Shown in pieces: positions 36,679 through 47,362 of a stretch of 64,000 nt of DNA. Source of the DNA: an uncultured Ignavibacteriaceae bacterium (GTDB lineage: Bacteria; Bacteroidota; Ignavibacteria; Ignavibacteriales; Ignavibacteriaceae); contig CAYPNM010000006.1 in NCBI GenBank assembly GCA_964412105.1, positions 28,233 to 92,232 on the forward strand. The letters are read 5' to 3'. The number at the start of each line of letters is the position of its first letter. Position 1 is the stretch's first letter. Position numbers and translations under genes: made by a program. A model generated the notes under the pieces. That model searched no databases and had not been told where the DNA came from. It was given only the letters and a program-made list of their open reading frames with translations.

Positions 36679-38889
36679 TCAGGCTATCTTGGCGTACTCA
36701 AGATTCTTTGAATAGTGTTTTAAAAAATTTTCCTTTAGTATAGAATTTATTTCAGAGTTAAGATGCGGATCTTCATTTATAATTTTAAAAGCAGACAACC
36801 GAGCTTCTTGAATTATCTCCGTATCATTTATGATGTTAACAAATTTTAAATCCGGTAAACCACTTTGCCTAGTTCCGAAAATGTCTCCCGGTCCTCTAAG
36901 CTTCAGATCAACCTCAGCAACTTTAAAACCATCATTATACTTAACCATTGTTTGAAGTCTAGCGCTGGCCTTATATTTTTCAATCTGTGCGGATGATAGG
37001 TATTCCAGCTCCAGGTTTTTGTTTCCATGGTCTGCTACATAATTATCTTTGGTAACGAGAATGCAATATGCCTGTTTGTGACTTCTTCCTACTCTCCCAC
37101 GAAGCTGATGCAGCTGTGATAGGCCAAATCTATGAGCATCGTTAATTAGGATGATGTTTGCATCCGGGATGTCAATGCCTACTTCAATAACAGTTGTACT
37201 TATAAGCACATTATATTTCTTTGCTAAAAACAGCAACATTACCTCTTCTTTTTCCTGCCATTTCATCCGTCCATGGATAAGCCCCAGCTTAAGACCTTTT
37301 AGGTCAGAATCTTGTAATTCTTTGTAATAAGTCTCAGCAGCTTTTAGCTCCATTTTCTCTGAGTCCTCGACAAGAGGATAGACGATATAGGATTGATAAC
37401 CTTCCTTACTTTTATCTGAAATAAACTTATATATTGCGTTTAACTTTGTCTCGCCTCTTAGAAGAGTTTTTACCGGCTTTCTATTCTTTGGCATTTCGTC
37501 TATAATAGATAGATCCAGGTCGGCATAAATAGTCATAGATAAGGTTCGTGGAATTGGTGTGGCACTCATTACCAGCACATCAGGGACTTTCCCTTTGTTT
37601 TGAAGTTTAGCTCTTTGAGCAACTCCGAATCGATGTTGTTCATCGACAATAACTAAACCAAGGTTGTTGAATTTTACCTTTCTTTCAAATAGTGCATGGG
37701 TTCCTATAATGATATCGGCCTGCTGTAATTCTATCTTCTGAAGACTCTTTTCTTTTTCAGATTTTTTCTGGCCACCAACTAAAAGACTGACTTTTACAAT
37801 TTTTTCTTTATGGATTTCGGATAATTTTTTCATCATCTTTGAAATATTTTTGGCATGCTGATCAGCCAGTATTTCTGTAGGGGCCATTAAAACGGCCTGG
37901 CAGCCGTTGTCAACTGCTATCAGCATTGCGATAAGAGCGACAATAGTCTTCCCTGATCCGACGTCTCCCTGCAAAAGCCTGTTCATCGGTTCGATTGATT
38001 CCATATCATTCTTAATTTCACCCAAGACTTTGAGTTGAGCCATGGTAAGGTCAAAAGGGAGTGTTTTCAGGAAATCCTGCACCAAATGAGTTTTTATTTT
38101 CATAGAACTTCCGGCCAACCTTGTTTTATAATTGTGCTTTCTTAATGCTACGAGCATTTCAATATAGAACAATTCTTCGAACTTGAATCTTCTTTGTGCT
38201 TCAACGAACTTCTCACGGTTTTCAGGATAATGAAAGTTTTTAACTGCTTCAATGAGTGAGAGCAAATTGTGTTCTTTAATAATGGTGGAAGGTAGCGTCT
38301 CTTCAAGCAGGTGAGCATAAAGTTCAACTGCATTATTTATAATTTTTCTAAGGCTAAAGTCGCCTATATTGGTGTTTCTCAATTCCTTTGGAATCCGATA
38401 AAAGGGGATAATCTTGCCAGTGTTTAATAAGCCTTTTGATTCATCCTCCGAAATTCTATCGAAGTCAGGATGAGTGAATTGCAAATTCCCGTATTTGGAT
38501 TTGACAGGCCTGCCTGAAACGGCGAAAGTGTCTCCTTCGTGAAAAACATTTAGGAAATATTTTATTCCCTGGTACCAAACGCACTCAAAAAATCCTGTTG
38601 AATCCCGGAATTGCACCTTGAATATTTCTCGTCTCCCATATCTTCTTTTTTCAATGTCTTCAACCTTAGCAATAATTGTTAATTCTCCATCATAACCGTT
38701 TAATACATATCCGTAAGCTTTTGCTGCCGTAAGAGTAGTTGATCTATCAAGATGACGTGAGGGGAAATAAAAAAGAATATCCCTAATGGTTTCAATCCCT
38801 ATTTTCTTAAAAGATTCTGCACGACGCGGGCCAACTGATTTAATATACTGTACAGATCGAGCAATAATATTTTCATTTGATTTATTCAT
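36679..38889 (-). CDS. recG: ATP-dependent DNA helicase RecG
   Basis: GDVGSGKT (Walker A), VDEQHRFG, MSATPIPRT, QLRGRVGR. I prefer the ATG at 38889 (MNKSNEN..) because the 20-codon upstream extension is hydrophobic and unlike RecG. Confidence 0.93.
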   Translation of the reverse strand: MNKSNENIIARSVQYIKSVGPRRAESFKKIGIETIRDILFYFPSRHLDRSTTLTAAKAYGYVLNGYDGELTIIAKVEDIEKRRYGRREIFKVQFRDSTGFFECVWYQGIKYFLNVFHEGDTFAVSGRPVKSKYGNLQFTHPDFDRISEDESKGLLNTGKIIPFYRIPKELRNTNIGDFSLRKIINNAVELYAHLLEETLPSTIIKEHNLLSLIEAVKNFHYPENREKFVEAQRRFKFEELFYIEMLVALRKHNYKTRLAGSSMKIKTHLVQDFLKTLPFDLTMAQLKVLGEIKNDMESIEPMNRLLQGDVGSGKTIVALIAMLIAVDNGCQAVLMAPTEILADQHAKNISKMMKKLSEIHKEKIVKVSLLVGGQKKSEKEKSLQKIELQQADIIIGTHALFERKVKFNNLGLVIVDEQHRFGVAQRAKLQNKGKVPDVLVMSATPIPRTLSMTIYADLDLSIIDEMPKNRKPVKTLLRGETKLNAIYKFISDKSKEGYQSYIVYPLVEDSEKMELKAAETYYKELQDSDLKGLKLGLIHGRMKWQEKEEVMLLFLAKKYNVLISTTVIEVGIDIPDANIILINDAHRFGLSQLHQLRGRVGRSHKQAYCILVTKDNYVADHGNKNLELEYLSSAQIEKYKASARLQTMVKYNDGFKVAEVDLKLRGPGDIFGTRQSGLPDLKFVNIINDTEIIQEARLSAFKIINEDPHLNSEINSILKENFLKHYSKNLEYAKIA

Positions 38890-39299
38890 CAAAGTGAAAA
38901 ATAGTGCAAGCAGAAAGCAATTACAATAAACCGAAAACTTGGGTAGCATTCTAATTCTAAATTAGGAAATGAAGCAAATTATCATTTTGATTTTGTCTGT
39001 TTAAATGACCGATTCGGATTGAGAATTTATGAAATCCGCAAAACGCAGAATTATCAGGCTGAATGTATCTCCCAAAACTGATTTTCGCTTTCGAGTAATT
39101 CCCTGATCCATAGCGATGTTATCTGTTCTGACCACAATACAGCCCGGCAATTTTACCTTTTATTCGGTGAATCAGAAATATAAAAAGGTCTTTTTTTGGT
39201 ATGTCAATTTTGTCAAAATAGAACGAATTTTGGTCCTGATTTTGGGGATTTTTATGGGGGGTATATACCAGTTGTATAGGAGGTGAGCAGGAAGTAGAA

Positions 39300-39322
39300 A
39301 AGTCTGCCAAATTGGCAGACTT
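39300..39322. other. perfect 11-bp-arm palindrome in a 650-bp gene-free region
   Basis: AAGTCTGCCAA-A-TTGGCAGACTT. The minus-strand reading is followed by TTCTACTT, so it could be a weak terminator of an unannotated minus-strand transcript. Confidence 0.4.
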
Positions 39323-39595
39323 CTTAAAAGAGCCAGTAAATTTCCAGGCAAATGAAGCTTCGAAGCAATCACCTAACGGGATGATATAAACGGGGGTAGA
39401 ATGATAACCGTAAAGCTGAAGAGAAGAGAAATATCAGACAACTTTGAGCAACTTCCATTATTGTATAGGGGTGATTTTAATTTGGCCTAAATGCCGAGTA
39501 CTTTTCTATTTTTAAGATTGAAAGCACTATCCAGAATATGCTGAGGTTTTTGATTATTGTTTGTTAAATTTGCTTAATAAAAAATAGAAACCAAT

Positions 39596-40957
39596 ATGGA
39601 ATGGAAAAAACTTTTATCTAAAAGATTGCTTGGTTTTACGGAAGAAACCTCAAGTGATGGAAGAAGCCAGTTTCAAAAAGACTTCGATAGAATCGTATTT
39701 AGTTCGGCATTCAGGAGATTGCAGGACAAAACACAAGTCTTTCCGCTTCCTGAAAGCGATTACGTTCACACCAGGTTGACCCATAGCCTTGAAGTTTCTT
39801 GTGTCGGGCGATCGCTTGGAAACGCTGTTGGTGAAAAAATATTGGAGCGAAATAAAAAGCTCAAAGATGAATTCACTCAATTTCATTTTGGTGAAATAGT
39901 AGCTTCTGCGTGCCTTGGTCATGACATTGGCAATCCACCGTTCGGCCATTCCGGTGAAGATGCTATTTCAGAATATTTCCGTAATGGGGCAGGAAAAATT
40001 TATAAAAGCCGATTAAACAAAAAGCAATGGGCTGATCTGACGAAGTTTGAAGGAAATGCCCAAGGATTCAGGATAATTACGAAACTTCAGAATCCAACAA
40101 TTAAGGGCGGGCTAAGGTTATCGTGCGCTACGCTTGCTGCATTTACAAAATATCCAAAAGAATCACTGATTGAAACCAGCAGTAAAGCAAAATCTCATAA
40201 AGAAAAACTTTATAAGAAATATGGATTCTTCCAAGCCGAAAAAGAACTTTTTAATGATGTGGCTGAAGAAACCGGCCTGCCGAAGAAACCCGGATATAAA
40301 AATTCTTTATTCTGGTGCAGACATCCTCTCTCGTTTTTGGTCGAAGCGGCTGATGATATTTGTTACAGGATTATGGATCTAGAAGACGGGTTCAGGCTTG
40401 GCCTTCTTTCTTTTAATGATACGGAGGAGCTGTTAATGCCGTTAAAAGGAAGTGTATCTCTCAATCTGTATAATGCGCGAAATGAAAATGACAGGATTGG
40501 CTATCTAAGAGCAAAGGTTATCAGCAAGTTGGTAAACACATTATCTACAGTTTTTATTGATGAAGAGAATAATATAATGAGCGGGAAGCTTGACAAAGAT
40601 CTGATTTCATTGCTTCCAACAGCCGAATTGTTGGAGGAAATCAAAAGGATTTCGGCAGAAAAGATTTATTCAATAAAAAGCGTTGTGGAAAGAGAAGCTG
40701 CCGGTTTCGAAGTTTTAGGAGGATTGCTTGATACTTTTATCAATGCGGTAAATGAATCTGCTGAGGATAGAATATCACCAAAGAATAAAACAATCATTAA
40801 ACTTATTCCGAAGCAATTTTTAAGTGATGATGGCAGGCCGGATAAAGATATTTATACCAGGCTGTTGAAAATAAACGATCTTGTTTCCGGGATGACTGAC
40901 TCTTACGCAGTTTCTATTTACAGGAAGATTAAAGGAATATCATTGCCGAATAGGTAA
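39596..40957 (+). CDS. dgt: dGTP triphosphohydrolase-like HD-domain protein
   Basis: FRRLQDKTQVF, HTRLTHSLEVSCVGR, LGHDIGNPPFGHSGE, EAADDICY. Confidence 0.9.
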   Translation: MEWKKLLSKRLLGFTEETSSDGRSQFQKDFDRIVFSSAFRRLQDKTQVFPLPESDYVHTRLTHSLEVSCVGRSLGNAVGEKILERNKKLKDEFTQFHFGEIVASACLGHDIGNPPFGHSGEDAISEYFRNGAGKIYKSRLNKKQWADLTKFEGNAQGFRIITKLQNPTIKGGLRLSCATLAAFTKYPKESLIETSSKAKSHKEKLYKKYGFFQAEKELFNDVAEETGLPKKPGYKNSLFWCRHPLSFLVEAADDICYRIMDLEDGFRLGLLSFNDTEELLMPLKGSVSLNLYNARNENDRIGYLRAKVISKLVNTLSTVFIDEENNIMSGKLDKDLISLLPTAELLEEIKRISAEKIYSIKSVVEREAAGFEVLGGLLDTFINAVNESAEDRISPKNKTIIKLIPKQFLSDDGRPDKDIYTRLLKINDLVSGMTDSYAVSIYRKIKGISLPNR

Positions 40958-40958
40958 T

Positions 40959-41954
40959 TCATTCCATCTTCATATCGCGGGTCATAAGGTCGGTAGTGGC
41001 TTTTACAGGGTCTTTATCTTCAAATAGAATTCTATAAACTTCTGTTGTGATTGGTATTTCAACTTTATGTTTTTTCCCGAGCATAGATGCGGAACGACTT
41101 GTTTCAACACCTTCGGCAACCATCTGCATAGATTTTAAAACTGTCTTTAATCTTTTTCCTGAGCCAACCTGTTCACCAACGTACCTGTTGCGACTATGTT
41201 TGCTCATGCAGGTCACTATCAAATCGCCCATTCCTGATAAGCCTGCAAAAGTATCAGGTTGAGCCCCAAGGGCAATTCCAAGGCGTGATATTTCAGCAAT
41301 TCCTCTTGTCATAATTGCAGCTTTTGTATTATCGCCGAATTTTGCTCCATCAACTATACCTGCACCAATAGCAATGACATTCTTAAAAGCCCCTCCCAGC
41401 TCAACGCCGAGAATATCTGTTGAGCCATAAACTCTGAAGTATGAGGTAATAAATGCAGCCTGAATGGATTTTGTAGTTTCAACATTTTGTGAAGCTGTTA
41501 CAACGGCTGTTGGAATTCTTCTGCTTACTTCTTCAGCGTGGCTTGGACCTGAAAGCACTCCAACCTGATCGCCGCTGAGAGAAGGAATCTCATCCTTCAA
41601 CATTTGTGACATAGTCATCAATGAGCTGTTTTCAATTCCTTTTGCAACGCTTACCAAAATTGAACTTTTAATATGAGAAGGAATAATATGTTTTATAACG
41701 CTTCTCAGGAACTGAGAAGGAACAGCGAGCACTATCATATTTTTATCCAATGTGGATTCTTCAAGATCATGGGTGATCAGAATCTCTTTAGGAATTTTAA
41801 TCCCAGGAAGGTAAGTATCGTTAAATCTGGTTTTGGATAAAATTTTAGAGTAGTTTTTTTTGTATTCCCAGAGGGTTACTTCGTGGCCATTATAATGAAG
41901 AAGGATAGCAAGGGTAGTTCCCCAGCCGCCGGCACCCAGCACGGATATTTTCAT
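40959..41954 (-). CDS. gpsA: NAD(P)H-dependent glycerol-3-phosphate dehydrogenase
   Basis: VLGAGGWGTTLA Rossmann motif, GAFKNVIAIGAGI, TRGIAEISRLG. Confidence 0.92.
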   Translation of the reverse strand: MKISVLGAGGWGTTLAILLHYNGHEVTLWEYKKNYSKILSKTRFNDTYLPGIKIPKEILITHDLEESTLDKNMIVLAVPSQFLRSVIKHIIPSHIKSSILVSVAKGIENSSLMTMSQMLKDEIPSLSGDQVGVLSGPSHAEEVSRRIPTAVVTASQNVETTKSIQAAFITSYFRVYGSTDILGVELGGAFKNVIAIGAGIVDGAKFGDNTKAAIMTRGIAEISRLGIALGAQPDTFAGLSGMGDLIVTCMSKHSRNRYVGEQVGSGKRLKTVLKSMQMVAEGVETSRSASMLGKKHKVEIPITTEVYRILFEDKDPVKATTDLMTRDMKME

Positions 41955-42631
41955 TACTTAAGTGAGGCTTTATTTTTCCTTGAAAAACTTATTTTATTTT
42001 CGCTTCCATTCAGAAGTCTAACAACGTTTTTCCTATGTGTAAAGATAACCAGTAATGAGATAGCAATTATAAATGGCAATATGATGTGATATCCCTGGAT
42101 ATTTACATTAAAAACATTTTCGCGGATAACTAATGCAACAGGAACAACTATAGCTGCTATAATTGATCCAAGTGAAACATATTTTGATATGGAAACAACA
42201 ATAATAAATGCACCGATTGCAATCAGCATATCAATGGTTGTTATCATTAATAACATACCGAGAGCGGTAGCAATTCCTTTACCCCCCTTGAACCCTGCAA
42301 AGATCGTCCAGATATGTCCGATAACAGCTGCAATGCCTGCAATTATCTGAACTAATGTGAAATCATCAAATGGAGTAGCATTGTTAAAAGGCATATTTCC
42401 CATAAATAATCTAGATACAACAATTACTGCGAGGACACCTTTCATTGCATCCAGAATTATCACAAGTAAACCATGCCTCCATCCGAGTACGCGCATTACA
42501 TTAGTACCGCCGGCATTTCCGCTGCCGTAATCGCGTATATCAATCCCCCGTGCTAATTTGCTTACAATTATACTTGTCGGAATTGATCCGATAAGGTATG
42601 AAAGAGTAATTATAGCAAGTAAATTTAGCAT
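41954..42631 (-). CDS. plsY: glycerol-3-phosphate acyltransferase PlsY
   Basis: GSGNAGGTNVMR and FKGGKGIAT. The stop overlaps the gpsA start by 1 nt. Confidence 0.92.
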   Translation of the reverse strand: MLNLLAIITLSYLIGSIPTSIIVSKLARGIDIRDYGSGNAGGTNVMRVLGWRHGLLVIILDAMKGVLAVIVVSRLFMGNMPFNNATPFDDFTLVQIIAGIAAVIGHIWTIFAGFKGGKGIATALGMLLMITTIDMLIAIGAFIIVVSISKYVSLGSIIAAIVVPVALVIRENVFNVNIQGYHIILPFIIAISLLVIFTHRKNVVRLLNGSENKISFSRKNKASLK

Positions 42632-42742
42632 TGCGTTATTCCGTTAAATCTATAAGAATGTAACCTATACATATTGGAAATAAATATCAATACACTTAGA
42701 CCTATAAACATTGTTATTTATTCAAGAAATAAAGATTTTGCA

Positions 42743-43414
42743 TCAAATAAGCTTCTTAAATAGTTCAAAATCAGCCTTGTTTGTAATCTTGAAGTTAAAT
42801 AATGATCCCTCAACTATATTTATAGTTTTTCCTATCCTTTTTACAAGCATTGACTCATCAGTACCATAAAACTTGTCTTTATAAGCTTTTTCCATTGCCT
42901 TCAAGATATCCACATATTTAAATATCTGTGGAGTCTGAACATAGAATATATTTTTTCTATCAATATATTTGTTCACTGAATTGTGGCCTTTTATTATCGT
43001 ATCTCCTGCCTGAAGACAAACCAATGCATTGCCTTTTGCTTTTGCAGTGATTAGTGCGTTAGAAAGAGTTTTCTGGGGTAAGAGCGGGCGGGCGGCATCG
43101 TGAACAACGATTAAATCATTCCTATTAGCCTTAATTGATTTCAATGCATTATAAACAGAATCTTGTCTTTTTCTTCCGCCTTTGACGATGGTTTTTAGTT
43201 TTGTGAGTTTATATTTTTTTTTGAGTTTAGCCAGAAGGCTGAAATAATCAGGTTCCGCAGAAATAATTATTTCATTTACTAATTTGTTTTTTTGAAAGGC
43301 TTCAATAGTGTAGACTATTAATTCTTTCTTCTTAAATCTTAGGTATTGTTTAGGAGTGGCTGTGCCACTCCTAATTCCTTTTCCTCCAGCTGGAATAATT
43401 ACATAAGTTTTCAT
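42743..43414 (-). CDS. ispD: 2-C-methyl-D-erythritol 4-phosphate cytidylyltransferase
   Basis: IIPAGGKGIRSG, VHDAARPLL, TPQIF. Confidence 0.88.
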   Translation of the reverse strand: MKTYVIIPAGGKGIRSGTATPKQYLRFKKKELIVYTIEAFQKNKLVNEIIISAEPDYFSLLAKLKKKYKLTKLKTIVKGGRKRQDSVYNALKSIKANRNDLIVVHDAARPLLPQKTLSNALITAKAKGNALVCLQAGDTIIKGHNSVNKYIDRKNIFYVQTPQIFKYVDILKAMEKAYKDKFYGTDESMLVKRIGKTINIVEGSLFNFKITNKADFELFKKLI

Positions 43415-44445
43415 TTAATCAGCATAGCATCGCCGTAACTTAAAAAGCGATATTTTTCTTTCAGGGCTTTTTTATAAGATTTCATTAGAAATTCGTGTCC
43501 TGCAAAAGCGCTAGCAAGCATAATTAAAGTTGATTCAGGTTGATGAAAGTTTGTGATTAACCTATCAGTAATTTTGAAATCATAATAAGGGTAAATGAAT
43601 TTATCTGTCCATCCAGCATTAGGTTTTACAAAACCATCTGCAGTTATACTAGTCTCGACTGCACGACAAGCACTGGTACCAACTACAAATACTTTGCGCT
43701 TTCCGTGCTTTGCTTTATTAATTAAATCAGCCGACTTTTGGCTGATTTCGTAGTATTCTGAGTCCATTTTGTGCTTTGTCAGGTCTTCAACCTCAACCGG
43801 TCTAAAAGTACCAAGCCCGATATGCAAAATAATAGGAACAATATTTATTCCTTTCTTTTCTATTTTCTGAAGCAGCTTTGGAGTAAAATGTAAACCAGCA
43901 GTTGGTGCTGCAACCGCTCCATCCACTCTTGCATAAACAGTCTGGTAATCTTCTTTATCGTTAGGTTCCGGTTCTCTTTTAATGTATGGGGGAAGGGGAG
44001 TATATCCTATTTTTTCAACAGCCTTATAAACGTTTCCCGGTTGGTTAAATCTTACAGTCCTTCCACGCGAAGTTGTATTATCAATAACCTCACACCATAA
44101 CTTATCATTGAAATAAATTTTATTTCCAATTCTAACTTTTCTGGCCGGATCAACGATTACATCCCAGATGCAATCGGTTGCATTTAATTCTCTCAAAAGG
44201 AAGACTTCAATTTTGGCATTTGTTTTTTCTTTTTTGCCATAAAGTCTTGCCTGGAATACACGTGTTTCGTTAACTATGAGAACGTCACCTTTTCCCATAT
44301 AGCTTACTATATCTGAAAATGTTTTATTCTCCACCTCCTGCGTTTCTCTGTCAAGGACCATTAATTTGGCTTTATCGCGGGGACTAGCAGGATATTTCGC
44401 AATATGAGTTTTAGGTAAGTTAAATTTGAAATCTGATAATTTCAT
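43411..44445 (-). CDS. queA: S-adenosylmethionine:tRNA ribosyltransferase-isomerase
   Basis: AAPTAGLHFT, VGTSACRAVE, FHQPESTLIMLASAF. 4-nt overlap with ispD. Confidence 0.92.
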   Translation of the reverse strand: MKLSDFKFNLPKTHIAKYPASPRDKAKLMVLDRETQEVENKTFSDIVSYMGKGDVLIVNETRVFQARLYGKKEKTNAKIEVFLLRELNATDCIWDVIVDPARKVRIGNKIYFNDKLWCEVIDNTTSRGRTVRFNQPGNVYKAVEKIGYTPLPPYIKREPEPNDKEDYQTVYARVDGAVAAPTAGLHFTPKLLQKIEKKGINIVPIILHIGLGTFRPVEVEDLTKHKMDSEYYEISQKSADLINKAKHGKRKVFVVGTSACRAVETSITADGFVKPNAGWTDKFIYPYYDFKITDRLITNFHQPESTLIMLASAFAGHEFLMKSYKKALKEKYRFLSYGDAMLIK

Positions 44446-44479
44446 TCTTGTTAACCTCTTAACTAAGTGAATTATTCTT

Positions 44480-44509
44480 TACCGTGAGGGCTTATTCTTC
44501 CTCACGGTA
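44480..44509 (-). terminator. stem-loop after ppdK (possible terminator or attenuator before queA)
   Basis: Perfect 10-bp stem TACCGTGAGG / CCTCACGGTA with a 10-nt loop. There is no clear T-run. Confidence 0.4.
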
Positions 44510-44523
44510 GTTAATTTTAATGT

Positions 44524-47322
44524 TTATCTTTTCTTAACAGGTCTTCCTTTGCTCTTAGATTTTTTCTTTGATGTTGCTTTCCGCTTTTTACCTGTTGTTA
44601 TTTCCGAAACAACCGCACGTGCAGCAGCCAATCTTGCTATCGGTACTCTAAAAGGTGAACAGCTAACATAATTTAATCCTGTCCTGTGACAGAATTCAAC
44701 TGATGAAGGTTCTCCACCGTGTTCCCCACATATTCCGATTTTAAGATCCGGCCTTACGGATCTTCCTTTGTTTACTCCCATTTCCACGAGCTGTCCAACA
44801 CCGGATTGATCGATTGATTCAAAAGGATCGTTGGGCAAAATGTCATTTTGAACATAAAGCGGAAGGAACTTACCCGCATCATCCCTTGATAACCCAAAAG
44901 TTGTTTGGGTGAGATCGTTTGTTCCGAAGCTGAAGAACTCGGCCTTTTTAGCAATTTGATCAGCGGTTAAAGCGGCTCTCGGAAGCTCGATCATTGTACC
45001 AACGAGGTAATTTATTTTCATTCCTTTTTCTTCCATAACGTCTTTTGCAACACGCCTGACAATATCTTCCTGAAGCTTAAATTCATTAATGTGTCCGACT
45101 AATGGAATCATTATTTCCGGCTTAACTTTTATGCCTCTGGCAGCTACATCACACGCTGCTTCAATAATTGCCCGAGCCTGCATTTCTGTAATCTCAGGAT
45201 ATAGAATTCCGAGACGGCATCCTCTGAAACCCAGCATAGGATTAAACTCCTGCAGACTTGAAATTTTCTCGCGCAATTTATCAACCGAGATATCCAGAGC
45301 CCGAGCAAGTTCTTTCACCTCTTTTTCTTCGTGAGGCAGAAATTCGTGCAGAGGTGGGTCCAAGGTTCTAATTGTAACCGGATATCCATTCATTGCTTCA
45401 AAAATTCCTGTAAAGTCGCTTCTTTGCAATGGCAGTAATTCGCCTAGAGCCTTTTTCCTTTCTTCAACAGAATCGGAGACAATCATTTTTCTAACAGACA
45501 TAATTCTATCACCACCAAAAAACATATGTTCGGTTCTACAGAGACCAATGCCTTCGGCGCCAAAAGCAATTGCATTCGAAGCCTGATCAGGTTGATCAGC
45601 ATTCGTTCTAACATTCATTCTTCTTAGTTTATCAGCCCAACTCATTAAACTAGCATAAGTCTGATATACCGGAGAATTTTTCGGATCGAGAGTTTTCGAA
45701 ATTAATACTTGTATAACTTCAGATGGTTTTGTCTCGATTTTCCCTTTTATAACTTCTCCTGTAGTTCCATCGATTGAGATATAATCTCCTTCATTTACAA
45801 CAATTCTATCGTTACCTTCAATGGTAATTCTTCTTTCTCTGTAATTAATTTTTAATGATCCGCACCCCGCAACGCAGACTTTACCCATTTGTCTTGCCAC
45901 AAGTGCAGCGTGAGATGTCATGCCACCTCTTGCAGTGAGAATTCCTTCTGAAGCATCCATTCCTTTAATATCTTCCGGTGAAGTTTCAATTCTTACCAGG
46001 ATTACTTTTTCGCCTTTTGCAGCCATTTCTTCAGCATCCTGTGCACTTAGTGCAACTTTACCAGAAGCAGCACCGGGACCCGCATTCAACCCTTTCGCTA
46101 AAAGCCTTCCTTCATCAACAGCATTACGCTTCTGATCCATATCAAATATCGGCCTTAGCAACTGGTTAAGTTGATTAGGCTCGATTCTTTGAATTGCTTG
46201 TTCCTTCGTGATGAGTCTTTCTTTAACCATATCAACAGCCATTTTGATTGCCGCGAAACCCGTTCTTTTTCCAACACGGCATTGAAGCATCCAGAGTTTC
46301 CCTTGCTGAATTGTAAACTCGATATCCATCATTTCTTTATAATGTTTTTCAAGATTTTTCCTGATAGTATCCAACTGCTTATAAATTTTTGGATCATCCT
46401 CTTTTAATTTGGAGATTGGAAGAGGTGTTCTTATACCTGCAACAACGTCTTCACCCTGTGCATTGAAAAGATATTCTCCATAAAACTTATTATCACCTGT
46501 TGCAGGGTCGCGTGTAAAGGCAACACCAGTGCCGGAATCTTCGCCCATATTTCCGAAAACCATTGATACAACGCTTACTGCTGTTCCCCAATCAGCCGGT
46601 ATATTATTTAATTTTCTATAAACAATAGCTCTTTCATTCATCCAGGAACCAAACACCGCTCCGATAGCACCCCACAATTGTTCCATAGGATCATCAGGAA
46701 AATCGTTTCCGGTTCTATCTTTTATAGCTGTTTTAAATTCACCGACTAATTCTTTTAAGTGCTCTGCAGTTAATTCAGTGTCTAATTTAAATCCGTATTG
46801 TTGTTTCTTCCTCTCCAGTATTAGCTCAAATGGATCTTCTTCGTGTTTATCAACAGGTTTTAAGCCAAGTACTACATCACCATACATCTGAACGAATCTT
46901 CTATAAGAGTCATATGCAAAACGAGGATTATTAGTTTTTTCAATCAAACCAAGCACTGTTGTGTCGTTCAATCCCAAATTAAGAATTGTATCCATCATTC
47001 CAGGCATTGAAGCTCTTGCACCGCTTCTAACAGAAACAAGCAGGGGATTTTTCTTATCTCCGAATTTTGTTTTCATGCTTTTTTCGACTTTCTTTAAAGC
47101 GGAAAGGACCTGAGCTTTTAATTCTTTAGGATATTTATTTTTGTTATTGAAGTAGTAGGTGCAAACTTCAGTAGTTATTGTAAAACCGGAAGGTACGGGC
47201 ATTCCAATATTTACCATCTCAGCAAGGTTTGCGCCTTTACCGCCGAGCAAGGCTTTCATTTCTGCTTTTCCATCAGCTTTCTTATCTCCAAAGTAATAAA
47301 CATATTTTTGAATCTTAGCCAT
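44524..47322 (-). CDS. ppdK: pyruvate, phosphate dikinase with a Lys-rich C-terminal extension
   Basis: [15 protein letters not shown] (phospho-His loop), [20 protein letters not shown]. Extra tail [24 protein letters not shown]. Confidence 0.95.
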   Translation of the reverse strand: MAKIQKYVYYFGDKKADGKAEMKALLGGKGANLAEMVNIGMPVPSGFTITTEVCTYYFNNKNKYPKELKAQVLSALKKVEKSMKTKFGDKKNPLLVSVRSGARASMPGMMDTILNLGLNDTTVLGLIEKTNNPRFAYDSYRRFVQMYGDVVLGLKPVDKHEEDPFELILERKKQQYGFKLDTELTAEHLKELVGEFKTAIKDRTGNDFPDDPMEQLWGAIGAVFGSWMNERAIVYRKLNNIPADWGTAVSVVSMVFGNMGEDSGTGVAFTRDPATGDNKFYGEYLFNAQGEDVVAGIRTPLPISKLKEDDPKIYKQLDTIRKNLEKHYKEMMDIEFTIQQGKLWMLQCRVGKRTGFAAIKMAVDMVKERLITKEQAIQRIEPNQLNQLLRPIFDMDQKRNAVDEGRLLAKGLNAGPGAASGKVALSAQDAEEMAAKGEKVILVRIETSPEDIKGMDASEGILTARGGMTSHAALVARQMGKVCVAGCGSLKINYRERRITIEGNDRIVVNEGDYISIDGTTGEVIKGKIETKPSEVIQVLISKTLDPKNSPVYQTYASLMSWADKLRRMNVRTNADQPDQASNAIAFGAEGIGLCRTEHMFFGGDRIMSVRKMIVSDSVEERKKALGELLPLQRSDFTGIFEAMNGYPVTIRTLDPPLHEFLPHEEKEVKELARALDISVDKLREKISSLQEFNPMLGFRGCRLGILYPEITEMQARAIIEAACDVAARGIKVKPEIMIPLVGHINEFKLQEDIVRRVAKDVMEEKGMKINYLVGTMIELPRAALTADQIAKKAEFFSFGTNDLTQTTFGLSRDDAGKFLPLYVQNDILPNDPFESIDQSGVGQLVEMGVNKGRSVRPDLKIGICGEHGGEPSSVEFCHRTGLNYVSCSPFRVPIARLAAARAVVSEITTGKKRKATSKKKSKSKGRPVKKR

Positions 47323-47362
47323 TTTATTCTCCTATATATATATAATTTGTTTACGAAAATAT

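Noticed and set aside
38890-38949. N-terminal extensions in the ORF track: recG from 38949, queC from TTG 61994, the SdpR-like gene from 5096, the Met-rich protein from 10914, the HMBD protein from 11585 and the T9SS cargo protein from 53682.
   Set aside because: Internal ATG codons restore canonical N-termini or signal peptides. The Met-rich and HMBD genes also gain a better Shine-Dalgarno site, and the 53682 start would overlap smc by 127 nt.
39596-40957. The dGTPase-like HD protein as a nucleotide-depletion antiphage defence gene.
   Set aside because: It has the ordinary housekeeping Dgt motifs and is flanked by core genes (recG, gpsA, plsY). There are no neighbouring defence, mobile or integrase genes.
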